Source: a virus
Taxonomy: Duplodnaviria > Caudoviricetes
Reading direction: 5' to 3' (one strand)
Length of the DNA stretch: 56,981 nt
IMG/VR virus record: IMGVR_UViG_3300023184_002488
Location: 1 to 56,981 of that record
Part shown: in pieces, positions 26,515 to 35,071 of the stretch
Position numbering within the stretch: position 1 is the stretch's first letter
How the letters are laid out: the number at the start of each line of letters is the position of its first letter
Notes under the pieces: generated by a model
What the model saw: the letters and a program-made list of their open reading frames with translations, nothing else
What the model was told of the DNA's origin: nothing
Database searches by the model: none
Position numbers and translations under genes: made by a program

Positions 26515-27590
26515 TCTGCTATCTCCTCTTCTGTTTCTTCGACTACTTTTGACTCAGTGCTTAGTAAGGTTACATTAGATGATAATTCTTTCATAACTTT
26601 ATCTAAACAACCATCTTCATTACGTTCCCATGCTTTGCGGAATTGTTTAATAGTTGTTTTATTAGCAAAGGTATAAACTAAACTGTTACCTTCTTTTGTC
26701 AACAAGCTCTTAGCTTCCAACATGTCTGTCAATCCGCTGTATGGACTCATACCAGTTTCATATGGAATCTCAACTTGTACTGACTCAAAAGGTTTAGCAT
26801 AACGTGTTTTCATGATCTTACAAGCAGCACGGATACCGTTGACTGTCGTAGTCTTGTTACCATCAGCGTCTGTTTTAAGTTTAAGTTTACGCATAGCTAC
26901 TACAATACTTGAAGCGTAGATAAAGCCTTGACCACCTGAAATCTTATCGTCTGGATCAAACATATCTTGGCTAGCGTAGGTGTGATTGGTACAAACTAAT
27001 CCAAGATTCAATGTACCGAACATGTTTACACAGTTACGAACAAGTGCTGTAAGTGCTTTAGGTTTACGGCCCATGTCACCTTTCATCTCACCTGCTTCAA
27101 ATTGATTAACGTCTGTTGGAGTTAACATCATACCTAGACTGTCTAATACAAACAGGACCTTAGGACGGTCTTCTTCTGGTAAGGTGCGATACTCTTTAAC
27201 AAAGTCACTGATAACTTTTGCCACATCATCGATCATAGCCATATTAAGTTTAAGTAGTTTGTCTTCTGTAGTATCTACACCAAGTGCGTGTAACCATGCT
27301 TCATCAAGTGCGTTTTCTGTATCGATTAAGATTACATAAATGCCTTGCTCTTGTGCGTGTCTTACGATATTACCACTACAGATAAATGATTTACCTGCGC
27401 CCGACTCACCTGCAAACACAGTAACTTTACCCATCGGAATACCTCTTTCAAAGTTACCAGATAGTAAGTAGTTTAATGTGTAGTTGCCAGTGCTGATCCA
27501 ATCTGTAGGATCGTTAAAGCCAATACCCAAGCCATCAATGCTTTTGGTGATTGACTTCCTAAATTTTGATATATCAAATGGTTTTGCCAT
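26511..27590 (-). CDS. uvsX: RecA/UvsX recombinase
   Basis: ISTG, GESGAGKS, IDTENA, VLDSL, TNHTY, SGG, KTRY. Confidence 0.95.
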   Translation of the reverse strand: MAKPFDISKFRKSITKSIDGLGIGFNDPTDWISTGNYTLNYLLSGNFERGIPMGKVTVFAGESGAGKSFICSGNIVRHAQEQGIYVILIDTENALDEAWLHALGVDTTEDKLLKLNMAMIDDVAKVISDFVKEYRTLPEEDRPKVLFVLDSLGMMLTPTDVNQFEAGEMKGDMGRKPKALTALVRNCVNMFGTLNLGLVCTNHTYASQDMFDPDDKISGGQGFIYASSIVVAMRKLKLKTDADGNKTTTVNGIRAACKIMKTRYAKPFESVQVEIPYETGMSPYSGLTDMLEAKSLLTKEGNSLVYTFANKTTIKQFRKAWERNEDGCLDKVMKELSSNVTLLSTESKVVEETEEEIAE

Positions 27591-27602
27591 GACGTTTTTC
27601 CT

Positions 27603-28901
27603 TTAATTTAAAATCCAATCAGACATTTCAGAACTAAAAATGTCTTTAATACTATGCTTGTGTCTTACTGCATATTCTTTATAAAATTGTTTTGCGCTCG
27701 TCCTTAATACATCTACATCAACGTTATTATATATTATACAGTCATCATTTAAGATTGTCACTATATTTTTAATTTGTTCGCTCAGATGAGGTGAAGTTTT
27801 ACTACCTTGAGGATTCAAGGTTATCCAACGATCTAATATTTGACCATAATGTTTTTTCAAATTAGATGGTAATACCTGCGGCGCTTGGAAAATGGGATAT
27901 CGTAATCTAAACATATCCAATTTTATTCTAGTATCATATATTTTATACCAATTTAAAAAATCATTTAATCCGTCTAATGCTAGTAATCCCACTGTGCTTA
28001 ATAATTTTATTTCTACATCAGATCCCAATAATAAGTGTAAATTACTTTCAAATACCTGCCAATCTAACCCAGACCTAACAAATTCTGCACGATCTCCGAT
28101 ATTTTCTATACTTACATTAAATTCGATACTTTTAAATTTTGAGCGATAATTTAATATCTTTTTAATACGACTAGTATCACTCAAATTGGTAACTATGATT
28201 AGATTTAATTGAGAACAGTCTTGCTGACATATCGTATCTAAGAATTTCCAAAAGTTTTGGCTGAACAGCGGCTCGCCGCCCAAACACCTAATATATTCAA
28301 TATCTGACATATTGGCCATTACATAATCTGTAAATTTGTTTAATATAAAATTATATTCTAAATTAGATAATTTATCTTTTTTTCCTAGCCGCTGATAGGT
28401 ATTTCTACTGTCTCCTACTATTCCTTTAAAAGGACCATTAATTTTTAAATCAGTTGCCCAACTTGAACTTGATCCTGCATCACAGTATGAACATGTAAAA
28501 TTACACAAACTGTCAAACGCCACTGTGATAATCTTGGGGACTTGATCGACCGATAGATCTAATGTAGTAAAATCTCTATCGCTATAATTATCATAGCTGG
28601 TCACTATACGTTCAGTAATAGCTTCGGAGTTTTTTTCTTCAACTTGCCAACAATTAGAACACCCTTCGGGTTTTTTACCTTCGAGCATTTGAGATCTTTG
28701 ATTTATTTTTTCTTTAGTATTGTTAATTGTGTGTATATTGTTTGCAACACTATTAAGATCAATTTTGTGTGGCGGCGGAAGATGACAACTGCTAGTTGTT
28801 CCGGATTCTAACCAAAAATCTGCAGATAACCATTTAGCCGCACAAAATGTGGGACTAACCGGATCCAATCTTTCTATCTTGAATTTTTTATAATCGATCA
28901 T
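27603..28901 (-). CDS. Radical SAM protein with N-terminal twitch-like Cys cluster
   Basis: CNFTCSYC, SSSW, GGEPL, VTNL; N-terminal CAAKW...SCH...CSNCW; likely start MIDYKK at 28901. Confidence 0.9.
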   Translation of the reverse strand: MIDYKKFKIERLDPVSPTFCAAKWLSADFWLESGTTSSCHLPPPHKIDLNSVANNIHTINNTKEKINQRSQMLEGKKPEGCSNCWQVEEKNSEAITERIVTSYDNYSDRDFTTLDLSVDQVPKIITVAFDSLCNFTCSYCDAGSSSSWATDLKINGPFKGIVGDSRNTYQRLGKKDKLSNLEYNFILNKFTDYVMANMSDIEYIRCLGGEPLFSQNFWKFLDTICQQDCSQLNLIIVTNLSDTSRIKKILNYRSKFKSIEFNVSIENIGDRAEFVRSGLDWQVFESNLHLLLGSDVEIKLLSTVGLLALDGLNDFLNWYKIYDTRIKLDMFRLRYPIFQAPQVLPSNLKKHYGQILDRWITLNPQGSKTSPHLSEQIKNIVTILNDDCIIYNNVDVDVLRTSAKQFYKEYAVRHKHSIKDIFSSEMSDWILN

Positions 28902-28911
28902 AAAGACAACT

Positions 28912-28933
28912 AGGGCAGAACTAATCCTGCCCT
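28912..28933 (-). terminator. GC-rich hairpin after gp32 (weak terminator or processing stem)
   Basis: AGGGCAG/CTGCCCT 7-bp stem with an imperfect U tail. Confidence 0.5.
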
Positions 28934-28950
28934 GTGTTCTCAAGTATTTA

Positions 28951-29961
28951 TTAAGATGTCTTTTGACGGTTACGGATCATCGCTAGGATGTCTTCAGCTC
29001 TGGCTGTTCCACCTGCTGGAGGTGTTGCAACTGGTGCTGTAGGAGCCGCTGGAGCAGCTTCTGTAACCACTGGAGCAGCCACAGCCGGTGCAGTTTCAAA
29101 TTCTTCGTCTGCCACTGCTGGTGTTGCTGTTTGTGCTACGGGTGTAGCTGATTCAGCTGAGACGATTGTTACGCCTCTTGGTTTGTAGTAATTACCCCAA
29201 CGTTCTGCGTCATATGCTTGACCATCTACACTTGCTTCAAACATTTCTTTCATAACTTTTAATTCAACTTCGCTTGGTTTCTTAGGTAAGAAATCTTTCA
29301 AGTTGTATAAGCCATGAGCGTCGATAGCTGCCGCTTCTTCTGCTGTTAGTGCAGATTCTTTGCGTGACCATTTACTAGTTGAGTAATCAGCATAACCACC
29401 TTTTGATGTTTTAGTAACAGTAAAGTCTAAACCACCTTGGTAGTCTGTTGGTAAGTTTTCTAACTCTGGATCTAACAATGCTGATTTGATCAAGTTAAAA
29501 ATCTGTGGACTAATGATAAATCTACGAATTGGGTTAGCTGGTGTTTGATCGTCCGCGATAGGATTCTCACGCACAAAACCTTGGAACAAGTATGATCTTT
29601 TCTTCCAATACTTACGACCCATTTCTTCTAGACTAGTGTCTTTAAACCAAGTTCTGACTTCTGCTAAGATTGGACATGCTTCGCCCCACATCTCAACGCA
29701 TGGTACTTGAACTGTGACTGGTTTACTATCTGCTTGGCCTTTAACGCCAGCAAATGGTAAATTGATCATTGCTCGTTCTGCCCAAAAGAATGTGTTTTTT
29801 GTGTCTGCGTCTGGAAGGAATCTAATACGAGCGTTTGTGCCTTCTTGGATGTTCCAGTGTGCGTAGATAGCGTTGTCGCCACCACTTTGTGAATTACCGC
29901 CTGTGCCACGGTTTTCTGATGCTTGTAACTTTGCACGGATTTCTGCTAATGATGTTGCCAT
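28951..29961 (-). CDS. gp32: Single-stranded DNA-binding protein, T4 gp32-like
   Basis: IRFLP, C-x7-CP, YWKKRSY, ADYSTSKW, Ala/Pro-rich tail; adjacent to recA. Confidence 0.88.
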   Translation of the reverse strand: MATSLAEIRAKLQASENRGTGGNSQSGGDNAIYAHWNIQEGTNARIRFLPDADTKNTFFWAERAMINLPFAGVKGQADSKPVTVQVPCVEMWGEACPILAEVRTWFKDTSLEEMGRKYWKKRSYLFQGFVRENPIADDQTPANPIRRFIISPQIFNLIKSALLDPELENLPTDYQGGLDFTVTKTSKGGYADYSTSKWSRKESALTAEEAAAIDAHGLYNLKDFLPKKPSEVELKVMKEMFEASVDGQAYDAERWGNYYKPRGVTIVSAESATPVAQTATPAVADEEFETAPAVAAPVVTEAAPAAPTAPVATPPAGGTARAEDILAMIRNRQKTS

Positions 29962-30040
29962 GATGTTATTTCCTTTTTAATTTAAGTTGGTCTTTAATAT
30001 GCCTAAACGTGTTATGCATCTATACATAATACGCTATAAT

Positions 30041-30047
30041 TATTTAT
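30041..30047 (-). promoter_or_regulatory. ATAAATA promoter upstream of gp32
   Basis: Motif lies between the terminator and the gp32 leader. Confidence 0.6.
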
Positions 30048-30082
30048 TCCACAAGAGATATTTTCAGATATTTTAGCCAAAA

Positions 30083-30107
30083 CAAAAGGGCCCGACGGGC
30101 CCTTTTG
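30083..30107 (-). terminator. Intrinsic terminator
   Basis: CAAAAGGGCCC-gac-GGGCCCTTTTG perfect inverted repeat. Confidence 0.9.
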
Positions 30108-30126
30108 GTATTACTCTTATATTATC

Positions 30127-32538
30127 TTATTTTAAGCCTGCTAATCGTTTCATTTCAGCCATTGGATTTTTTGCTTGCAGTTTGTTATAATGTAGTAAAT
30201 CGTTTTCTGAGTCACCTTTTTTCATGGCCTGCATTTGACTTGGCATGATTTTAAATTTATCTGAGATACTTAATTCTTTTGCGCCCATGCGTTTCATTTT
30301 TACATCTTTATTAACGTGATCATCACCAGCGATAGATTCATTTTTTCTACTGCGTAGGTACGCGATAAAGTCAGCTAGTTTAGCGTCTGGGTGGTTTTCT
30401 TTATATTCTTCGTAGTTTTTAACAAAGTCTGGATGTTTTGGATCGTCTAATTCATATGCATCACGTGTGTCGTAGCCTTCGCCTAATGCCTTGTTAAATG
30501 CTTCGTGTAGGTCACTGTGTTCTTCTTCTGGATAGTCTACGCCTACTTCACGGTATACTTCACGGACCATGATGCTAACGTCGCTTGAGCCTATTTCTTC
30601 CATCGGTGCATGGAATGATGCTACATCAAGTGAAGCATTCATAACACCATCTGGTCCTGCTTTCTTAAGTAATTCGCTGTGTTGATTAATATTGTTTAAG
30701 ATTCTACGAATGATTGCTGATTGTATTGATTCGATATTGCTCAATTCATCTTCATCATTTTCGCTTACTTGATCTTTTGCCATTTTTTCTGTGCGTTTAC
30801 GGGCAACATCGCTCATGTGATGGATTTTGCCTACAGGGTCTTTACCTTTGGCTTTTTCCCAATCACCTTCGTGTTCCCAGCCTGTTAGTTTGCCTGTCTT
30901 AGGATCATATGTTACTTTATCTTTAGCTTCTTCAACTTGGCCATCCATACCGCCATCACCCGAACCGTATGTGTTGCCTTCTAACATTTCATGTGCTACC
31001 ATATTGATAACATCACCGTGCTTATCACTTAATTCATCTAATTCGTCGTCTGACAATGGTGTGCCATCTGTAAATTCTGCTGCTACAGCATAAGCATCAG
31101 CATAGTCTGGGCGGTCCCATGACTCTACACCGTCTAATTCAATACTGCTTAATTCAACTTGTTTACTGTTAATGATCACAGGTGCCGGATCGTATGCCTC
31201 ATCTAGGTCTCCACCTTCACTACCTGTCTCTGCTGGTTCTGGTGTGTCTTCATCACCGATGGCATCTAATATAGCCTGATACATAGTTGGGTTCTTATCC
31301 ATTAGATGATCCATGATCGTATCACGTGCATCTGCTTCAGGATCAACAGCCGCAAGTTCTTCTAGTGCATCAAATAGACTATCATCACCAAAGATATTAT
31401 ACAATACATTAGTTGCGTTCTGTGCATCAACACCTACCGGTAGCTCTTGGCTAAGGATGTCAATCAGTTTATCCTTGTCTTCATCTGTTTCTGGTAGTGC
31501 CCAGGTGCCTTCGCTGATAGCTGTAGCCCAAGTTTCAAATTGTTCTGTAAATTTATTTTCTTTTTTCATATTATAAGCCTTGTGCACCAAAGGTAGCGCA
31601 TCTGTCATTTTATCATTAAACACACGCTTGATGAAGCGTTCTTTCATTTCTTCTAGATTAACATCATCTTCTGGAATATAACCAGTAGATGTAGATGAGA
31701 ATTGTTCTTTGCAACGTGAATAACCTTTCTTACCACTCATGCGTTTGAGAGTATTGTTTAGCAGGCCGTGATATTCAAATGCCGACTCAACCATAGATTG
31801 TGTATCTGCATCTTCAAATGTTCTGCGGCGCACATTGTTTAGGAATGGTTTTAGTTTCGCACACTCTTGTGCCATTTCAGTGATATGTTGTCCAAGCTCA
31901 TCGTGTGGTGTGCCACCAGCACTAACATGACGTGCCATGGCACGAGCACCTGTTAGGCTCTTGAATGGCATCTTAAAGCGTTCACCTTGGTCATTCTCAA
32001 CATAAACACTGTTAATATTACGACTGCGTGCACCTGTCATTTCATCAACGATTGGTTTGTTGTGACGCACTATGATGCGCACTGGACCAAATTTTTCATA
32101 ACTGCTTTTGCTAGTACCATATAATTTGCTTTCAGCTACTACTTCATCTTTATTGTATGTGCTGTCTGCTTTGCTTTGTTGTTGGATATCACGATGTTTT
32201 AATGTTGAGCGTGTTATGTCGCGTGGCTCAAAGCTCAATAGGTTTCTGCGGGCGAATTCACGCAGTTCACGCAAGAAGCTGTACCATTCTTTTTTCTGTT
32301 CTTTATCTAGATCATCGCTGATGTTCTTGCTAAAATAGACTTTCAAGCTGGTCTCATCGATCAAGCTCATGGTAATGTTGCCGTGGTTATCACCATCTAC
32401 AACATAGTCAAAGTTGAAAAAACGTGCTTTTTCTGGATCACTACAGGCCTTGGCTTTATCGTCACCTAGGCTGACATCCTCAAAACGATCACGGATTTTC
32501 TCAAATAGACCTTCTGCAATTTTGTTAATTTCTCTCAT
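30127..32538 (-). CDS. Probable head/virion protein with a modular acidic C-terminal half
   Basis: Late promoter GATAAATA at 32544-32551; follows terminase; multiple [ILVM]-x-E boundaries; ends MKRLAGLK. Confidence 0.55.
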   Translation of the reverse strand: MREINKIAEGLFEKIRDRFEDVSLGDDKAKACSDPEKARFFNFDYVVDGDNHGNITMSLIDETSLKVYFSKNISDDLDKEQKKEWYSFLRELREFARRNLLSFEPRDITRSTLKHRDIQQQSKADSTYNKDEVVAESKLYGTSKSSYEKFGPVRIIVRHNKPIVDEMTGARSRNINSVYVENDQGERFKMPFKSLTGARAMARHVSAGGTPHDELGQHITEMAQECAKLKPFLNNVRRRTFEDADTQSMVESAFEYHGLLNNTLKRMSGKKGYSRCKEQFSSTSTGYIPEDDVNLEEMKERFIKRVFNDKMTDALPLVHKAYNMKKENKFTEQFETWATAISEGTWALPETDEDKDKLIDILSQELPVGVDAQNATNVLYNIFGDDSLFDALEELAAVDPEADARDTIMDHLMDKNPTMYQAILDAIGDEDTPEPAETGSEGGDLDEAYDPAPVIINSKQVELSSIELDGVESWDRPDYADAYAVAAEFTDGTPLSDDELDELSDKHGDVINMVAHEMLEGNTYGSGDGGMDGQVEEAKDKVTYDPKTGKLTGWEHEGDWEKAKGKDPVGKIHHMSDVARKRTEKMAKDQVSENDEDELSNIESIQSAIIRRILNNINQHSELLKKAGPDGVMNASLDVASFHAPMEEIGSSDVSIMVREVYREVGVDYPEEEHSDLHEAFNKALGEGYDTRDAYELDDPKHPDFVKNYEEYKENHPDAKLADFIAYLRSRKNESIAGDDHVNKDVKMKRMGAKELSISDKFKIMPSQMQAMKKGDSENDLLHYNKLQAKNPMAEMKRLAGLK

Positions 32539-32550
32539 AGTAATATTTAT

Positions 32551-34110
32551 CTAGGATATAAAGAAAGGCATAGGCTGGACTATGTCTTCCAGGCTGTCTT
32601 TCATTTTAAGGTCTACTTGGCTGTCAAAGCTCTGCATGATCTGTGCTATACGCACTATCAATACCAGGCTCATTACTAGGTCATCGCTTTCACCTGGTTT
32701 AGCCGCATAGCTAGCACCTGATGCTACGAATGTTTTAAGCTCTGATATCAACGGACGACTATAGATAGTCATGCGACGTGATTCTATTAGATTTTTAAGT
32801 TTGGCACAGGCTGATATCTTGCTTTTATTTGTAGTATTAAAGCCTTTGCGATATCTGCGACCACTGCCCATACTACGTGGTTCGCTGAGGAATATACCTC
32901 GGATGTTTTCTTCACCTATTTCACTGATACTGATCAATGCCGCTTCACCTACACTATTGTTCTCAACGCTGTAGTAAATGCTGGTATTTGGCACGGTTTC
33001 AGCTAGATATTTGGTGATTTCTGTCAGTATTCCCACCTGTTGCTGTATGGGTGTGCGATTATGTTGCCACTCGGCTACCTGTGTAAAGCTAGGCAGTTCA
33101 AACACCTGTATACCCGCGGGATCTCCACCAGTGCCCAGACTAGGGTCCAATGACACAGCATAAGTTCCGTTAGGTTGTGGCTTCTTATACCAACGCACTT
33201 GCCCTTGATTTTCTATAGGATCAACACCTTGCATTTCTACTAGATAACTAGGATTAATCAAGGTTTCGTCCCAGATGATAAATTCGCAGTCCATCTCACG
33301 ACGGAAACGTTCATCACCTAGCTGTGCTCGTTGTTGTATAGCCCATTGTTCATCACGATCCGGATGTTCATTCCAATAGCTACGGAATGATTTAAATCCA
33401 TTGACGCCTAGTTCTGTTGGATTACCGTATTCGTCAAAGCACTTGTTGGCACCTTTCCAAAGAGTAGCGAACTGATCTTCATCGCTGTTAGGTGTTGATG
33501 TAATGATACATTTACCACCAGTGGCTAAGGTTGGGCTGATAGAAGTCCAAAACTCACGACCAATAGTAGGGCGCACAAACGCAAACTCATCTGCGTATAG
33601 TAACGAAATACTCATACCTCGACCAGTGTTTTCTGTTGTAGTAGCACTCACTATGCGACTACCATTGTCAAAGTCAATGCTACCTTTGTTATAACTCACA
33701 GCACCAGCACGTATGTAGTCCGGCACGCTTTCATAAGCGTAGCGTATACGTTGCATGATTTCCTGTGAGCCTGTGTATTTGTGTGCGGCAATTAGGATAG
33801 TGCTGTCAGGCACGAACATAGCATACCAGAGTAGATATCCAGCGGCTGATGTTGATTTACCTGTTTGCCGAGGCATCAGTGAGATGCTGAATCGGTAAGC
33901 ATGGTATGAATGTATCAGGCGTTTCTGATACTCAAATGGCGCATACAACATACGTCCTTTAACAGGATGTTGTATATAGAAAAAGTTACTCATGAAGTAT
34001 TCTGGACCCGTGTCGGGGTCAGCACACTTGGCGAATTCTTTTATCTGATCTTCAGTGAAAGATTCTTTTTGGTGAGCTTTTTTAACTATTACATCGAAGG
34101 AGTTTGCCAT
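32551..34110 (-). CDS. terL: Terminase large subunit, T4 gp17-like
   Basis: YQK adenine motif, PRQTGKST, LLYADEFAFV, ITSTPN, SLDPSLGTGGD, VENN, DDLVMS. Confidence 0.95.
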   Translation of the reverse strand: MANSFDVIVKKAHQKESFTEDQIKEFAKCADPDTGPEYFMSNFFYIQHPVKGRMLYAPFEYQKRLIHSYHAYRFSISLMPRQTGKSTSAAGYLLWYAMFVPDSTILIAAHKYTGSQEIMQRIRYAYESVPDYIRAGAVSYNKGSIDFDNGSRIVSATTTENTGRGMSISLLYADEFAFVRPTIGREFWTSISPTLATGGKCIITSTPNSDEDQFATLWKGANKCFDEYGNPTELGVNGFKSFRSYWNEHPDRDEQWAIQQRAQLGDERFRREMDCEFIIWDETLINPSYLVEMQGVDPIENQGQVRWYKKPQPNGTYAVSLDPSLGTGGDPAGIQVFELPSFTQVAEWQHNRTPIQQQVGILTEITKYLAETVPNTSIYYSVENNSVGEAALISISEIGEENIRGIFLSEPRSMGSGRRYRKGFNTTNKSKISACAKLKNLIESRRMTIYSRPLISELKTFVASGASYAAKPGESDDLVMSLVLIVRIAQIMQSFDSQVDLKMKDSLEDIVQPMPFFIS

Positions 34111-34146
34111 ACTATTACTTATCTTAGTATGTTTAGGGTGTTACAA

Positions 34147-34377
34147 TTACCAGGGTTTTTCGCCGGTCATGAATGGTAAACTAAACCATAATTTAAACCA
34201 TTCGGGTGTTCCTGGTTTAATATCGTTTTCTTTTTGGTAGTTGATTTTTTCTGCAGCTGTGATGCTGGGATTGCTGCCTTCTAATCTAGTAGGAGTATCA
34301 TAGCCTGTATATTCAGCTAGTCTACCTAGATTGCCGTTTAACCCAGCAAGTTGTTTGATTTGATCTAGATCATCCAT
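34147..34377 (-). CDS. Small hypothetical (probable head) protein
   Basis: DQIKQLAGL N-terminus; IKPGTPEWFKLWF. Confidence 0.7.
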   Translation of the reverse strand: MDDLDQIKQLAGLNGNLGRLAEYTGYDTPTRLEGSNPSITAAEKINYQKENDIKPGTPEWFKLWFSLPFMTGEKPW

Positions 34378-34379
34378 GA

Positions 34380-34760
34380 TTATGATTTACGTTTGATTGG
34401 GCCTGTGCGACCAACTGGACTTACTTTATGCACATCATCTAATTCTACACTGCGATGATGAGGAATGCTATGTTTGGATTTACTTGATACGGTATTAAAA
34501 GCTGATTGCATCATCATGTGCTCGGCTTCTGTATAAGGGCGTGCCACGTTATGTTTTTCAACCCAACTAGCTTCATCCATATCAACAGCTTTGCTACTTG
34601 TGCCGTCTGCCATACCTGCGGCCATCATTACACGATTAAGATTATAAGCACGGTCAACTCCTTCATCACGGAATAACCATTCACCTGTGCTGGCATGTTT
34701 TGCTTGTTTATTAATTTTGCCTTGGCGTTTGCCTTCTGTGACTATTTCATTGATTTTCAT
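34380..34760 (-). CDS. Probable head-internal protein
   Basis: Likely start MKINEIVTE-G (capsid-targeting-like). Confidence 0.6.
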   Translation of the reverse strand: MKINEIVTEGKRQGKINKQAKHASTGEWLFRDEGVDRAYNLNRVMMAAGMADGTSSKAVDMDEASWVEKHNVARPYTEAEHMMMQSAFNTVSSKSKHSIPHHRSVELDDVHKVSPVGRTGPIKRKS

Positions 34761-35070
34761 AATCGTCTTCGTCTTCGTCACGATCATTTAAGATACTGCG
34801 TAGGCTAGGAATACTACCTGGTTGGCGACGATCACTTAACCAACTCTCTAAGTGTGGCTCTAAGTAACTACGGATTTGTCCACTGAATGGACCTGGAACT
34901 TCACGACCATAACGTGCTAGATCGTTGGCGAGACTAACGGCATGTCTTAATGTTTTATCAAGCTCATCTAACATATCGCTGATCTGTGCTAAGTCTACTG
35001 CTTCTTCTTGGATAGGTTGCCCTGCTTCAATAGCATCCATCATCTCAACAAATTCTTTTAGCTCTTTCAT
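34747..35070 (-). CDS. Probable head-internal protein
   Basis: MKELKEFVE N-terminus; IQE-E site. Confidence 0.55.
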   Translation of the reverse strand: MKELKEFVEMMDAIEAGQPIQEEAVDLAQISDMLDELDKTLRHAVSLANDLARYGREVPGPFSGQIRSYLEPHLESWLSDRRQPGSIPSLRSILNDRDEDEDDYENQ

Positions 35071-35071
35071 A

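Noticed and set aside
26511-34110. Intein or intron in recA or terL
   Set aside because: Both have normal lengths with contiguous motifs and no splice-junction signatures.
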